Positions 25,436 through 34,870 of a stretch of DNA of 64,000 bases are shown one piece after another; the first letter of the stretch is position 1; each line of letters begins with the position of its first letter. The DNA is from a virus (lineage: Duplodnaviria > Heunggongvirae > Uroviricota > Caudoviricetes): the IMG/VR virus record IMGVR_UViG_3300025117_000034; one strand, 5' to 3'. Under the pieces are notes generated by a model, which was not told where the DNA came from, did no database searches, and saw only the letters and a list, made by a program, of their open reading frames with translations. The position numbers and the translations under genes were made by a program.

Positions 25436-27853
25436 ATGAGAAGTCATGAACGTGCCCTCCTCCGCTTTATTCGTGAAGCGGAGGAGGCCGATTTTAATCA
25501 AGGTACTCCAGAATCAGCTCCCCCACTTCCGTATGATAGGGAGCCTGTGTTCATTGTAAACATCAAGGAGTACGATGAAGTAGAAGCAAACGATGAGAAA
25601 CACAACGGCATCTATGTTGGTGCAACTCCTGAAGATAATGCAAAACTAAAACAGATCCTCAAAGGCAAGCATGTACTGCAGGGTGACTTTGATACATCTA
25701 CCAGTAAGATTGTCTCCTTTGAGTTTAATAAACTTGCTAACCTAAAAATATATGCAGCACGTAAAAACTTTGAAGTTATAAAGGTAGACAAGGATAACTA
25801 CAATCCAGCTACAGCCAGGATTGCTATTGATCCTAAGTACTTGCGTGGCATGGCATCAGAGCTACGCAAGGATATCATTCAGACAGATAAAGAGGCTGGC
25901 ATTGTCACACCTGAGTCAGCAGTTGCTGCAGTACCAGCACAGGCCCCAGCTGAGAGTGCACCTTCACTGGTAACTGGTGATGCTAACACAGAGCCAGCTA
26001 GTGAAGAAGCAAAGATATTCCTTCAGGCTCTAAAGCTATTCCTTGGTAATGTTAAGTACGTTCCAGAGTCACGCTTTGTTGGCAGGAAGTTCACAAGCTA
26101 TATGTGTGAATGGTACAATGCACAGGCTGACAAGTGCTACTGTGACTTCCCTGACCCAACAAAGGCATCACATCGTTGTGGACTACCGGCTACCAAGTTG
26201 GCTATCTTTAAGTACTTGACACCTGCTAAGAAGTTCCACAGAGTTCCAAGTACTTTCTGTGACAAACACAATCAGGAGTTCATGGGTGAGGACTTTGTTA
26301 GCAGGTTTGAAGATCCAACCAAGATGTCTGCTCTTATCTTTGGTGAGCTTCAAGACAACAAGATCACCCCAACCTCTGCCCGTGGAATGACACCTGAGAT
26401 AGCTGCTAATATTAAGGCAGGTATTACTGAGACCACGCAAGGTGAGTCAGCACCTCCAGAGAGTGCCCTGCTTCAGCTTGCAGCGGCTGCTGAAGAGATG
26501 TGGACACCAGAACCAGTAGAGTACACAGGTGTTCGTCCAAGTGGCTCATTTGAGTCCCAGGCCCACCCAGCGATGATTGATGGTATCACATGGGATGCAT
26601 GGGTCAAGTTCCTCAATGGTAACCCAGACAAGATCAAGGTTGACATTCACTTGGAGGAAGCTATCACAGCTACCCCAGAGAACAAGAAACTCATTGCTGA
26701 CTACGTTAATGAGATCAGGGCTGCACGTGACAAAGCACCCCAGGACTTTGATCTGTCAACACTAAATGGTAAGACACCTGAAGAGCGTGTACAGATTGTG
26801 TACCAGCTGTACAACAGAGCTCGTAAGGTTAACACTAACATGTCACGCAATGTTGTCAACGCAATCAACAGTATGCTGCCAACTCTAAGTGAGGATAAGC
26901 AGACATACATTAAGAGCATGCTGAAACAGGTTAAGGCAGACTTCCTACGCCGTCATCCTGATTGGCTAGCCTATGTTCTTATGCTACTTGATCCAACTCT
27001 TGGTATGATGTACTTTGCTTATCATCATATCACCAAAGGTGAGAACGTTCAGGAGATTTGGTTTGCAACTCCTGAAGCCAGAGACCAGGCTTCTCCAGTA
27101 CTTGGTGGAGTTAAGGGATCACAGGCAAGCAATTATGCTTCTGACAAGTACCTTGTAACCCACGAGACTCGCAGTGAGTCCTCAAACACCAACAGTGGTT
27201 ACGGGTATCTTCTCCGGCTTCACTTCAAAGAGAGCAAGCAGCAGGAGCGTGGTAGCACTCTTGAGTTCAAGAAAGAGATTCGTGACCGCTTGAACAAGGT
27301 TAACCTACGCTATGGCGTTAACTACATTATGCCTGATAACAGGTCAATCAACAAGATGTACGGTGTGTGGCGTGATTCAATTACCGAGAACTGGCAGTTT
27401 GTTATCCGCTTTGGTACACAGGGTGAAACTGCTACCTCAGGAGCAAACAGGTTCTTCACAGACAATCCTGTTGGATCAACAAGATTTGGCTACCCAGTCG
27501 TAGCTATCTATCCAAATGATGGTCCAGGTGTTCTCCCGTCAGATCCTAAGTTTGTAATGATTTATGAGTATGGTAAAGATCTTGGTACTGAAGATATACA
27601 GAACGTAATCAAGAACATCATTACTCATATCAGCACTGAGTATAGACGTACTCCACAGCATAGCAAGGACAAGCTTAATGGAGATCCATACAAGCTGAAC
27701 TTGGATTTCTATGTTGACTCAACCACTTTGTCATTCAACCCACACAGCTTAAATGATCCAGTGTTCTTCAGACAGGATGCTCCTGCTGTGTCTTCAACTG
27801 CAGGTACCAACACACCACCTGCTCCAGAGTCTGCACCAGCTGGTACTCAGTAG
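25436..27853 (+). CDS. Large putative internal head protein with repeated ESAP motifs
   Basis: 805 aa; ESAP x4 plus ESAV and ESAL in P/A-rich linkers; Cys/His cluster near aa 235-280. Confidence 0.5.
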   Translation: MRSHERALLRFIREAEEADFNQGTPESAPPLPYDREPVFIVNIKEYDEVEANDEKHNGIYVGATPEDNAKLKQILKGKHVLQGDFDTSTSKIVSFEFNKLANLKIYAARKNFEVIKVDKDNYNPATARIAIDPKYLRGMASELRKDIIQTDKEAGIVTPESAVAAVPAQAPAESAPSLVTGDANTEPASEEAKIFLQALKLFLGNVKYVPESRFVGRKFTSYMCEWYNAQADKCYCDFPDPTKASHRCGLPATKLAIFKYLTPAKKFHRVPSTFCDKHNQEFMGEDFVSRFEDPTKMSALIFGELQDNKITPTSARGMTPEIAANIKAGITETTQGESAPPESALLQLAAAAEEMWTPEPVEYTGVRPSGSFESQAHPAMIDGITWDAWVKFLNGNPDKIKVDIHLEEAITATPENKKLIADYVNEIRAARDKAPQDFDLSTLNGKTPEERVQIVYQLYNRARKVNTNMSRNVVNAINSMLPTLSEDKQTYIKSMLKQVKADFLRRHPDWLAYVLMLLDPTLGMMYFAYHHITKGENVQEIWFATPEARDQASPVLGGVKGSQASNYASDKYLVTHETRSESSNTNSGYGYLLRLHFKESKQQERGSTLEFKKEIRDRLNKVNLRYGVNYIMPDNRSINKMYGVWRDSITENWQFVIRFGTQGETATSGANRFFTDNPVGSTRFGYPVVAIYPNDGPGVLPSDPKFVMIYEYGKDLGTEDIQNVIKNIITHISTEYRRTPQHSKDKLNGDPYKLNLDFYVDSTTLSFNPHSLNDPVFFRQDAPAVSSTAGTNTPPAPESAPAGTQ

Positions 27854-27854
27854 T

Positions 27855-28070
27855 ATGATGACACAGCGTGAAGTAAACGCTATTGCTGTCACAGTTCTCA
27901 ACTTACTAAAAGGTAGCTTGAGTGACTTTGAGATCGACGTAGATCCTGGTGTGTTCAGCAGTGATAACTCTGAGTATCCATCCACAATCAAGCTGAAGAA
28001 GATTGGCGGTAATAGATTTAGAGTATCACGGTCAATAAGAAAACCTACCAAACCCCAACCTCCTGTTTAA
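27855..28070 (+). CDS. Hypothetical protein
   Basis: ATG right after the upstream TAG; 71 aa. Confidence 0.45.
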   Translation: MMTQREVNAIAVTVLNLLKGSLSDFEIDVDPGVFSSDNSEYPSTIKLKKIGGNRFRVSRSIRKPTKPQPPV

Positions 28071-28077
28071 TTATACA
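28071..28077 (+). promoter_or_regulatory. Candidate late promoter TTATACA
   Basis: In the 22-nt gap before 28093. Confidence 0.4.
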
Positions 28078-28092
28078 ACTGTAAGTAGTATA

Positions 28093-29799
28093 ATGTTAAA
28101 TAGGATGACAATGAACGAAGAACCTTGGTACTCTAAACTCAAACAAGCAAGTGCTTCTGATATGGAATCAATACTATCAGACAAGCACTCCTGTAAGTTT
28201 ATCTCTGAGAACATTGATCAGGTACCAAGTGAACTTCTTGAGGAAGCAACACTGCGTGACCTTCTAGCAAAGTCAAACTCTGATATATCATTTCAACACA
28301 GAGCACTAACAGTAAAACAACTCAATGATCTATTTGTGCAGGATAATAACTCACTGTCATTCATGGGACTTGGTAATGATAATTCACTAACGTTCTCCAT
28401 CACATCCAAGTCAACACCAGAAAATTCGTATACACAAAAACTAAGGTTGGCAAGTCTTGATGATATAGTTGATGACTACTTAACCAAGAACATTGATGTG
28501 CTTAAGCAGATAGTGTACGACGAGGAAGAGGAAGTAGATCCAGACAAACTGGTTGACGACCTGATTGAGCATGTCCTTGATGAAGCATCCAATGGTAACA
28601 TTGAGGTTGATTGTTCCTGTCCCTCACAACGTTTCCTGGGGTTCAGGCATTTTCTAAACCAGGACGGTGCACTGTACACATCTCCTGGTGGTTCAAGGTT
28701 GAGCACTGACTACTTTGACCCATCTAAAGTTACAGGCCCACGCAGCAAACCAATTGAGATACTCAGAGCTCCTCGTGACCGTAACCAGAACTATGTGAGC
28801 ACAGAGCCAGGACAGGCTCCAGTAAATATTGGATCAAAGGGTATTGTCTGTAAGCACCTGCACTTCCTGTTCACTAACTTTGCTGACAATCAGCCATACC
28901 GAGAATTCCTACTACGTGAGATAACAAAGCAAGCACACACCATATGGGTTATTATGGTGAAGAAGATTCGTGACCATATCAACGCTGCCCTTAAGCGTCC
29001 ACTGTCTGCCAAGGAGAAGCTGGAGCTCAGCGTCAGCCTCTCGTTCTTGTCAGACGATGAAGCACAGCAGAGGCTAGCTGAGCTTCAGGGTAAGATCCCG
29101 CAAGAGGACTATCAGGAGCTACTGAATAATCTAAATAGGTTTAGAGAGTTTCAAGCTCAGCAGCAGGAGAAACCCTTTGACCAGTCCCTGTTTTTTGTGC
29201 CAACAGATCTAATCCCTGTTGACACAAGCATTGATTTTCTTCAGACAGAAGTTCCACCTGTTGATACTTCAATTGACTTTCTACAGCCAGAAGTTCCACC
29301 AGTTGATACAAGCATTGACTTCTTTGATCAGGGTGTTGCCCCAGTTGATTCTAGCGAATTGTTACAACCATATGAACAGCAACCACCTATGCCTGGGGAG
29401 TCCGTTCCTCCAGCACCAGTGGAGACACAAGTACCTGAGCCAGCTGAAGTTGTGCAGCCAGAGAAGCCTGCTAAGGTAGCTAAGAAACAGAAGCATAAAG
29501 TTGTAACTCCAAAGGAATATGTAGATATGGTGAAGGGTATTGCTAATCTTCCACGTAACCAGCAAGGCAACAAACTGCAGGATCTAAGCAGGTATATTTC
29601 CCAGGATGCAATTGCAGAGATAGCTAGCCGTGTTAAGGACGTGAATAGGGAACGTGACTTTGATGCATTAGCAGACAGACTGGTTGGGATGAAAGATGAT
29701 GACAAGATAGCAGTGCTTAAGAATCTACAAGGTTTTGTTTCTCCTGAAGGTATTTCTAGTATACTAAGAAAGGTTGATGCACTAAAGGAGCGTGTATGA
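28093..29799 (+). CDS. SWIM-type Zn-finger protein with repeated linker
   Basis: VDCSCP...GIVCKHL; PVDTSIDF repeats; helical C-terminus. Confidence 0.6.
   Translation: MLNRMTMNEEPWYSKLKQASASDMESILSDKHSCKFISENIDQVPSELLEEATLRDLLAKSNSDISFQHRALTVKQLNDLFVQDNNSLSFMGLGNDNSLTFSITSKSTPENSYTQKLRLASLDDIVDDYLTKNIDVLKQIVYDEEEEVDPDKLVDDLIEHVLDEASNGNIEVDCSCPSQRFLGFRHFLNQDGALYTSPGGSRLSTDYFDPSKVTGPRSKPIEILRAPRDRNQNYVSTEPGQAPVNIGSKGIVCKHLHFLFTNFADNQPYREFLLREITKQAHTIWVIMVKKIRDHINAALKRPLSAKEKLELSVSLSFLSDDEAQQRLAELQGKIPQEDYQELLNNLNRFREFQAQQQEKPFDQSLFFVPTDLIPVDTSIDFLQTEVPPVDTSIDFLQPEVPPVDTSIDFFDQGVAPVDSSELLQPYEQQPPMPGESVPPAPVETQVPEPAEVVQPEKPAKVAKKQKHKVVTPKEYVDMVKGIANLPRNQQGNKLQDLSRYISQDAIAEIASRVKDVNRERDFDALADRLVGMKDDDKIAVLKNLQGFVSPEGISSILRKVDALKERV
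29215..29355 (+). repeat. 42-bp (14-aa) tandem repeat, about 3.4 units
   Basis: PVDTSIDFLQTEVP / PVDTSIDFLQPEVP / PVDTSIDFFDQGVA / PVDSS. Confidence 0.85.
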
Positions 29800-30143
29800 A
29801 GAAACCAGAAAGTGTAAACATCCTAAGCAGGGAGTACAAAGTTACATATCTGGATAGCATTGAGAAAGTAAACACCGAGGGAAGAGATCAGGCATTTGGT
29901 ATGGCTAACTTCCACGAGCACACCATTAGGTTGTTTGAGGGTAAGATGGTTAAGCAGGAAGTGATGTCCACATTGATGCACGAGATCATTGAGATTATCT
30001 CAAAAGACCTGGAGCTTTGTCTGTGTGCACCTGAGAACCACAAAGACCTAAATACACTAGCCACTGTGTTAGTGGATACATTTATCCGTAATGGATGGAT
30101 AAATATGACAGAGTGGAAAAGCAATCGAAAGGATAAGAAATGA
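29796..30143 (+). CDS. Zn-metallopeptidase-like small protein
   Basis: STLMHEIIE (HExxE variant of HExxH). Confidence 0.5.
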   Translation: MKKPESVNILSREYKVTYLDSIEKVNTEGRDQAFGMANFHEHTIRLFEGKMVKQEVMSTLMHEIIEIISKDLELCLCAPENHKDLNTLATVLVDTFIRNGWINMTEWKSNRKDKK

Positions 30144-30922
30144 AAGATCAGAATATTATTGTAATTGCAGATCTGCATTGTGGTAGCCGTAATGGTTTGA
30201 CTCCACCTATGTGGCAGGACAACAGGGATCCTCTGTATCCTCTGCAGCAGGAAGGGTGGAAGTGGTATAAGAATGAAATTAAGACTCTTGGCAATATTGA
30301 TATTTGTATTGCCAATGGTGACCTCATTGATGGTCGTCAGGAAAAAGATGGGAGCACTGGACTACTTGCTGTTGATCGTCTTGAACAGGCTAACATGGCA
30401 ACCTATTGTCTGCGTGAGACAAAGGCAAAGCAGTTCTTCATTTCATACGGAACCCCTTATCACACAGGTAGTTATGAAGACTTTGAGAATGTTGTAGCAC
30501 GTAACTTGGCTGGTAGTGGACTTAAGGTTGAGATTGGTGGCCACCTGTTCATTGACATCAATGGAGTGGTTCTCGATGTCAAGCACAAGACCGGAAGCTC
30601 CTCAGTCCCACATGGTCGTCACACCCCAGTTGCACGTGAAAAGCTATGGAATAAACTGTGGGCCTTGAAAAATGAGCAGCCAGATAGTAACATAGTAATT
30701 AGAAGCCACACACATTTCTTCGGGTACTGTGGCGACGATACATACCTGGCTTTCACTACGCCAGCACTGGAAGGTCTGGGTTCACGTTACGGAAGCAGGG
30801 CATGCACAGGACTAGTGGACTTTGGTTTCGTCCATATTAATATTGACAGGAAAGGACAGTACACATGGCAGGTTCACAAAGCAAAGTTAAAGGCTCAAAA
30901 AGCGCAAGTGTTAAAAGTTTGA
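30140..30922 (+). CDS. Calcineurin-like metallophosphoesterase
   Basis: ADLHCG, GDLIDG, GTPYH, KH and RSHTH motifs. Confidence 0.8.
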   Translation: MKDQNIIVIADLHCGSRNGLTPPMWQDNRDPLYPLQQEGWKWYKNEIKTLGNIDICIANGDLIDGRQEKDGSTGLLAVDRLEQANMATYCLRETKAKQFFISYGTPYHTGSYEDFENVVARNLAGSGLKVEIGGHLFIDINGVVLDVKHKTGSSSVPHGRHTPVAREKLWNKLWALKNEQPDSNIVIRSHTHFFGYCGDDTYLAFTTPALEGLGSRYGSRACTGLVDFGFVHINIDRKGQYTWQVHKAKLKAQKAQVLKV

Positions 30923-31176
30923 GTTTACCCGTAGAAGCAATGCGGGCGTTGGAGGCATTGGAGGGAAAGCCCAATGCTAGGTCAACGTGCTATCCTGATT
31001 GGCACGATGATGTTATCATTAAGTTTTATGGTGTCAAAGATATTCAGGATATCTCTGAAGCTCTAGGTGGTCGTAGCAGGACGAGTATTAAGTCACGAGC
31101 TAATTCTTTGCGGAGTAACGGCTACAAGATTGCAATGTACGCTAACTCCGGTAAGGTTAATGTACCTGGCAAGTGA
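30865..31176 (+). CDS. Small HTH/Myb-like protein
   Basis: W.DDVIIKFY..KDIQDISEALGGRSRTSIKSRANSL. Confidence 0.5.
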   Translation: MAGSQSKVKGSKSASVKSLSLPVEAMRALEALEGKPNARSTCYPDWHDDVIIKFYGVKDIQDISEALGGRSRTSIKSRANSLRSNGYKIAMYANSGKVNVPGK

Positions 31177-31192
31177 TATTTAGTTGGTTTAC

Positions 31193-31199
31193 TTATACA
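31193..31199 (+). promoter_or_regulatory. Candidate late promoter TTTACTTATACA
   Basis: The 12-mer is identical to the one at 34871-34882. Confidence 0.55.
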
Positions 31200-31234
31200 T
31201 GTATTTAGCTTAACTAAATATACTGGAGGACGCT

Positions 31235-31978
31235 ATGGAAACAAACAGTCTGCTGGATGAAGCAGAAGCATTGGTAGGCAAGCAGGAAGTCGTAACTGAA
31301 GAGCAGCCAGTGACTTCTGAAGATATCCAAGAGGTGTCATTTGAGGGCTATAAGTTCACTGACAATCCTTTTGAGATTGACTCTCTGTTTGAGCAGTGCT
31401 ATGGTGTCAGCAATGCATCAGAGACTTTCCGTAATCTGTACATCAAGGAAGGCGACGAAACAGTTGATATTCGTGCAAGCCTTCATCGGTTCAGCCCTGC
31501 CGTGTTTGTTCAGGTTGCAAGCGAGAGCCTAGAGGAAACCAAGCAGTTCCTCTCTGACATGTTCGGCATGGGTGCAGTCAAGGAAAACATTGAGGTAGCA
31601 GAGCCAGAGGTAGCAGTGTTCGAATCAGAAGTAACTTCACTAGGCACAGCCACTTGGAGTGACACAGCAGAAGAGCCAGTCATTGCTCGTATCTTCTTTG
31701 ACAATGCAGACATTGACATGGTTCAGACTCCTAATGGTATGATCACACGGGAAGATTATGATAGCTTTGAGATCAAGGAAGAGCTTGAACGTGAGCTAAG
31801 CTTTGATCGCCTCAGTGCACAGCTCCAGGATTGGCGTGACAAATACGGCTTGAAGGTTGCCAAGGAACACCGCATTGCAGTTCAGAAAGCAGAGCAGAGG
31901 CTCAAGGAGAAGAAAGAAAGTGTCCAAGAATCCATTAAGCGTCTACGCGCAAAGGTTTCGGCAGACACTGAACAGTAA
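31235..31978 (+). CDS. Acidic protein with C-terminal coiled coil (scaffold/core candidate)
   Basis: 247 aa, very E-rich; GGAGG RBS; own promoter and terminator. Confidence 0.45.
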   Translation: METNSLLDEAEALVGKQEVVTEEQPVTSEDIQEVSFEGYKFTDNPFEIDSLFEQCYGVSNASETFRNLYIKEGDETVDIRASLHRFSPAVFVQVASESLEETKQFLSDMFGMGAVKENIEVAEPEVAVFESEVTSLGTATWSDTAEEPVIARIFFDNADIDMVQTPNGMITREDYDSFEIKEELERELSFDRLSAQLQDWRDKYGLKVAKEHRIAVQKAEQRLKEKKESVQESIKRLRAKVSADTEQ

Positions 31979-32597
31979 GCTAAACAACGTCCCCAGCAGA
32001 GTTTATATAACTTTGCTGGGGCTTTTTGTTGCCTGTTCAGTGACTTTTCTAGGTGTAAATACCAACAAAGTAATCCCATCTGTAAAGATCTGTAAAAAAG
32101 CAACAGCAAATGAGCAGTTCACAAACTCAGTGCTAAGTCTACAACCATATGTTACTGACACTGAGGCTATACGCTCAATGGTTGCACACGCACTCACCTA
32201 TCAGGATAGCCTTGGCAAGCTGCGTAACGCTGACTATAAGAGACAGCGATTTGCTGAAGTCCATGGTATCAAGGCTGAGGTAACACTGGCTGTAATACTA
32301 CGTGAGTCACGTTTTAATCCAGGGTGTATTGGTGGGAGTGGTGAGGTTGGGTTGATGCAGATACTACCGTCAACCGCACGGAGTATCTGTCGTATGTTTG
32401 ATATTGAGTACTCCTATGAACGTCTGAAGGATCCTGGCTATAACATAATGTTGGGGACTCTTTACCTGGAGTATAACATGGACAGGTACAATGATCTGTC
32501 TAGAGCTCTGGTTGCTTACAATGCAGGTAGGGCATATTGTAGATCCAATGCGTACAGCCGTGGTGTACTCAAGAACATGTCCTTGATATGCAACTAA
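31920..32597 (+). CDS. Lytic transglycosylase (SLT) with N-terminal hydrophobic anchor/signal
   Basis: ILRESRFN, GLMQILP, NIMLGTLYL, AYNAG; GTG 31920 has an AAGGAG RBS (exact start uncertain). Confidence 0.85.
   Translation: MSKNPLSVYAQRFRQTLNSKLNNVPSRVYITLLGLFVACSVTFLGVNTNKVIPSVKICKKATANEQFTNSVLSLQPYVTDTEAIRSMVAHALTYQDSLGKLRNADYKRQRFAEVHGIKAEVTLAVILRESRFNPGCIGGSGEVGLMQILPSTARSICRMFDIEYSYERLKDPGYNIMLGTLYLEYNMDRYNDLSRALVAYNAGRAYCRSNAYSRGVLKNMSLICN
31991..32027 (+). terminator. Intrinsic terminator
   Basis: CCCCAGCAGAG-loop-CTTTGCTGGGG followed by CTTTTT. Confidence 0.8.
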
Positions 32598-32605
32598 CAG
32601 ATTCC

Positions 32606-32612
32606 TTATACA
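32606..32612 (+). promoter_or_regulatory. Candidate late promoter (C)TTATACA
   Basis: attccttatacac, just after the SLT stop. Confidence 0.45.
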
Positions 32613-32741
32613 CGTCTAGTGTAACTACTAATGGGGAAAGGCTTATGTGATACCTTACTTGCTGTTTTGATTTTGTCGCTTAGGCGGCTGGTAGCGGGGT
32701 TTGCTGATTTTCTAAAGTTGTAGTGGCAAAGGAGATATGAC

Positions 32742-33662
32742 ATGAGCAAAGTAGTTGATGCGCACATTGAACCACTTGGTAAGCAGAATCTAGCTGTCTT
32801 CAATGTACAGGACGCTGCTAGCAGGTTTGCTAGTGAGTACCCTAGTCCTGAGTGGTCTGCTTTCTATGGAGCTGGTCACAACTTTGATGCAGCTTTAGAG
32901 AATGCACTTGATGGTATTAACAGTAATGAGTACCAGAAAATCCAATTGACCAGACCAGACATCTACGATGATCTGGCCAAGCTTATTCCAAATGAAGGCA
33001 TCAAGCAGAAGTTTGAAGTTCCTGTTGAGGTAATTAACTCAATTGATCAACAGGCTGATGCAATTAAAGCTTCAAATAATCAGGAAGCATTGTCTGATGT
33101 TCGCCATGCAGAGAGTCACCCAGAAGCAAAAGGCATGAGCATTGTAAACTACATCACAAATCTTGGTATCATCCCCAAGGAACAAGGTAACCTTGAAGAT
33201 CCAGAAGTAGAGAGATCCATGAGAGTTACCCTGCGCAACTGGTTTAGAAACCCACGTAACAGTGCAGAAACATCAAAGGTTAGAGCCGGTCTTGTTGACA
33301 TTGATGTTGTTCCAGAAACAGAGTCAAGCGTTGAAGCATTGGCTGATGGAGTAGTTAAGCTTATCTATAAGTACAAGGATTCATTGGTAGCTGGGAAGCA
33401 AGCTATTGAGCCATCACTGAAAGATGTTGGTAGCAAGCATACTCCTAATGTAGCGAAGATCCAGGGTAGATATGCTAAGAGTCTTGACACTAAGCCACTG
33501 TCCCACCAACCATTAGATGTTCAGAATGTAGTTCTCATCTTTGTTAAACTTCAGAACATCTCTGCAGGTGATACACCAGAGACAAGTAGGTTTGGAACTG
33601 GTGCACGTATGGATAGTGTGTACAGGATGGTTCGTAGTCTTGAAAGGCAGATGCTTAGCTAA
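32742..33662 (+). CDS. Hypothetical, probable virion protein
   Basis: 306 aa, AAGGAG RBS, structural context. Confidence 0.5.
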   Translation: MSKVVDAHIEPLGKQNLAVFNVQDAASRFASEYPSPEWSAFYGAGHNFDAALENALDGINSNEYQKIQLTRPDIYDDLAKLIPNEGIKQKFEVPVEVINSIDQQADAIKASNNQEALSDVRHAESHPEAKGMSIVNYITNLGIIPKEQGNLEDPEVERSMRVTLRNWFRNPRNSAETSKVRAGLVDIDVVPETESSVEALADGVVKLIYKYKDSLVAGKQAIEPSLKDVGSKHTPNVAKIQGRYAKSLDTKPLSHQPLDVQNVVLIFVKLQNISAGDTPETSRFGTGARMDSVYRMVRSLERQMLS

Positions 33663-34153
33663 TGGCTCATCCAGGTACAATCCCTCTACCTAAAAGACTC
33701 ATAGAAGCCATCCATTTGGTGACCGATATAGTGGTCGATGTTGTGGGTCAGGATTGTAAGCTATATCAGTACGTAAGTGAAGCTACAGATGACACTTACA
33801 ACGAGGGAACTAAGCTGTTTGCTGATCCTGTCTCAACCAAGATGGTTACTATATGGAGCAAAGAACATCACAAGACAAAGAACCTTGGTGCAATGGTTGA
33901 AGATGGATTACCTATTCAGTGCAGGCTAAAGTTCGAAGACAGAGTTGATATAGGTAGCATCATAACTGTACCATACTTATTTTATCAAGGAGCACACCCA
34001 ACATCTCAGGAGTATGGGTATGCTTTTGAAATAATTGATCGCAAGTTTTTTGGTCAGGACATGGAAGCCAGTGTTATCTATATCCTCAGTCCTGTCAGGG
34101 ACTTCCAGAATATGCCAGCTGAAATGATAGCCGATATTTACGGGAGAGTGTAA
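33662..34153 (+). CDS. Putative neck/head-closure protein (gp14-like)
   Basis: GQDCKLYQY...YNE...F pattern and position before the tail genes. Confidence 0.45.
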   Translation: MAHPGTIPLPKRLIEAIHLVTDIVVDVVGQDCKLYQYVSEATDDTYNEGTKLFADPVSTKMVTIWSKEHHKTKNLGAMVEDGLPIQCRLKFEDRVDIGSIITVPYLFYQGAHPTSQEYGYAFEIIDRKFFGQDMEASVIYILSPVRDFQNMPAEMIADIYGRV

Positions 34154-34155
34154 CC

Positions 34156-34479
34156 ATGAATAATAAACAGATGATTGGTATGTTTAAATGTATTAGAGAA
34201 GATTCTATAACAGATGGTAGAAATTATACCTGGAACGAAGAATTAAATAATGGAGTAGCAAGAAAACAGGTTTTGTATTCGGATGACTCTGATATTATAA
34301 CAGATGCAGAGTTTGATATGATAGGAGACGGGTATAGTGATGAAGTTTTTACGTACAACTTTGACACCAATCTAAGAACCATAAGCGTAGTAACATATGG
34401 GTATACAATGGATTATGAAAGCTTTAAGGGAAAGAGTGTTAAAGAACTTCATGATTTTGTGAAAAAAAACATTGGTTAG
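34156..34479 (+). CDS. Hypothetical protein (AT-rich)
   Basis: 107 aa, GGAG RBS. Confidence 0.5.
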   Translation: MNNKQMIGMFKCIREDSITDGRNYTWNEELNNGVARKQVLYSDDSDIITDAEFDMIGDGYSDEVFTYNFDTNLRTISVVTYGYTMDYESFKGKSVKELHDFVKKNIG

Positions 34480-34491
34480 GAGAGTGTAACC

Positions 34492-34869
34492 ATGTGGGAA
34501 CGTGACGTAATTAAGAATCTAAGATTGTTCCAGGAAGAGGATGTGCTGTCCTATTCTCCCTCTAAAGTAACCCCACCTGAGCAGCAGATCACAGACACTG
34601 CCCCAGAGTCAGCCCCACCTATTGACTTTGTTCCCGAGTTCCTTGATGCAGGCAAAGCAAAGGAGCTTGGTTTCACTGAAGCAGATGCAGACCCAGAGCA
34701 GCTGCGTATGGGCATTGAAGTCGAAACTGAGCACACGTCTAATCCCTTGCTGGCTAAGAAGATAGCTTTGGATCACCTCGCTGAGATCAAAGATTATTAT
34801 TCGCTTTTAAAGAATATGGAAGATGAAGCAAAGTCAAGGATGGCTCAACCGGAAACACCAAAACAATAG
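34492..34869 (+). CDS. DUF5661-like protein with ESAPP motif
   Basis: QLRMGIEVETEHT....AKKIALDHLAEIKDYYSLLKNME. Confidence 0.65.
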   Translation: MWERDVIKNLRLFQEEDVLSYSPSKVTPPEQQITDTAPESAPPIDFVPEFLDAGKAKELGFTEADADPEQLRMGIEVETEHTSNPLLAKKIALDHLAEIKDYYSLLKNMEDEAKSRMAQPETPKQ

Positions 34870-34870
34870 C

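Noticed and set aside
18059-25480. Similarity of EERALRFIE (57-aa ORF) to HERALLRFIRE (805-aa N-terminus)
   Set aside because: Too short and gapped; no further similarity
25436-33662. Portal or major capsid assignment for any large ORF
   Set aside because: No recognisable HK97 or portal motifs; left unassigned
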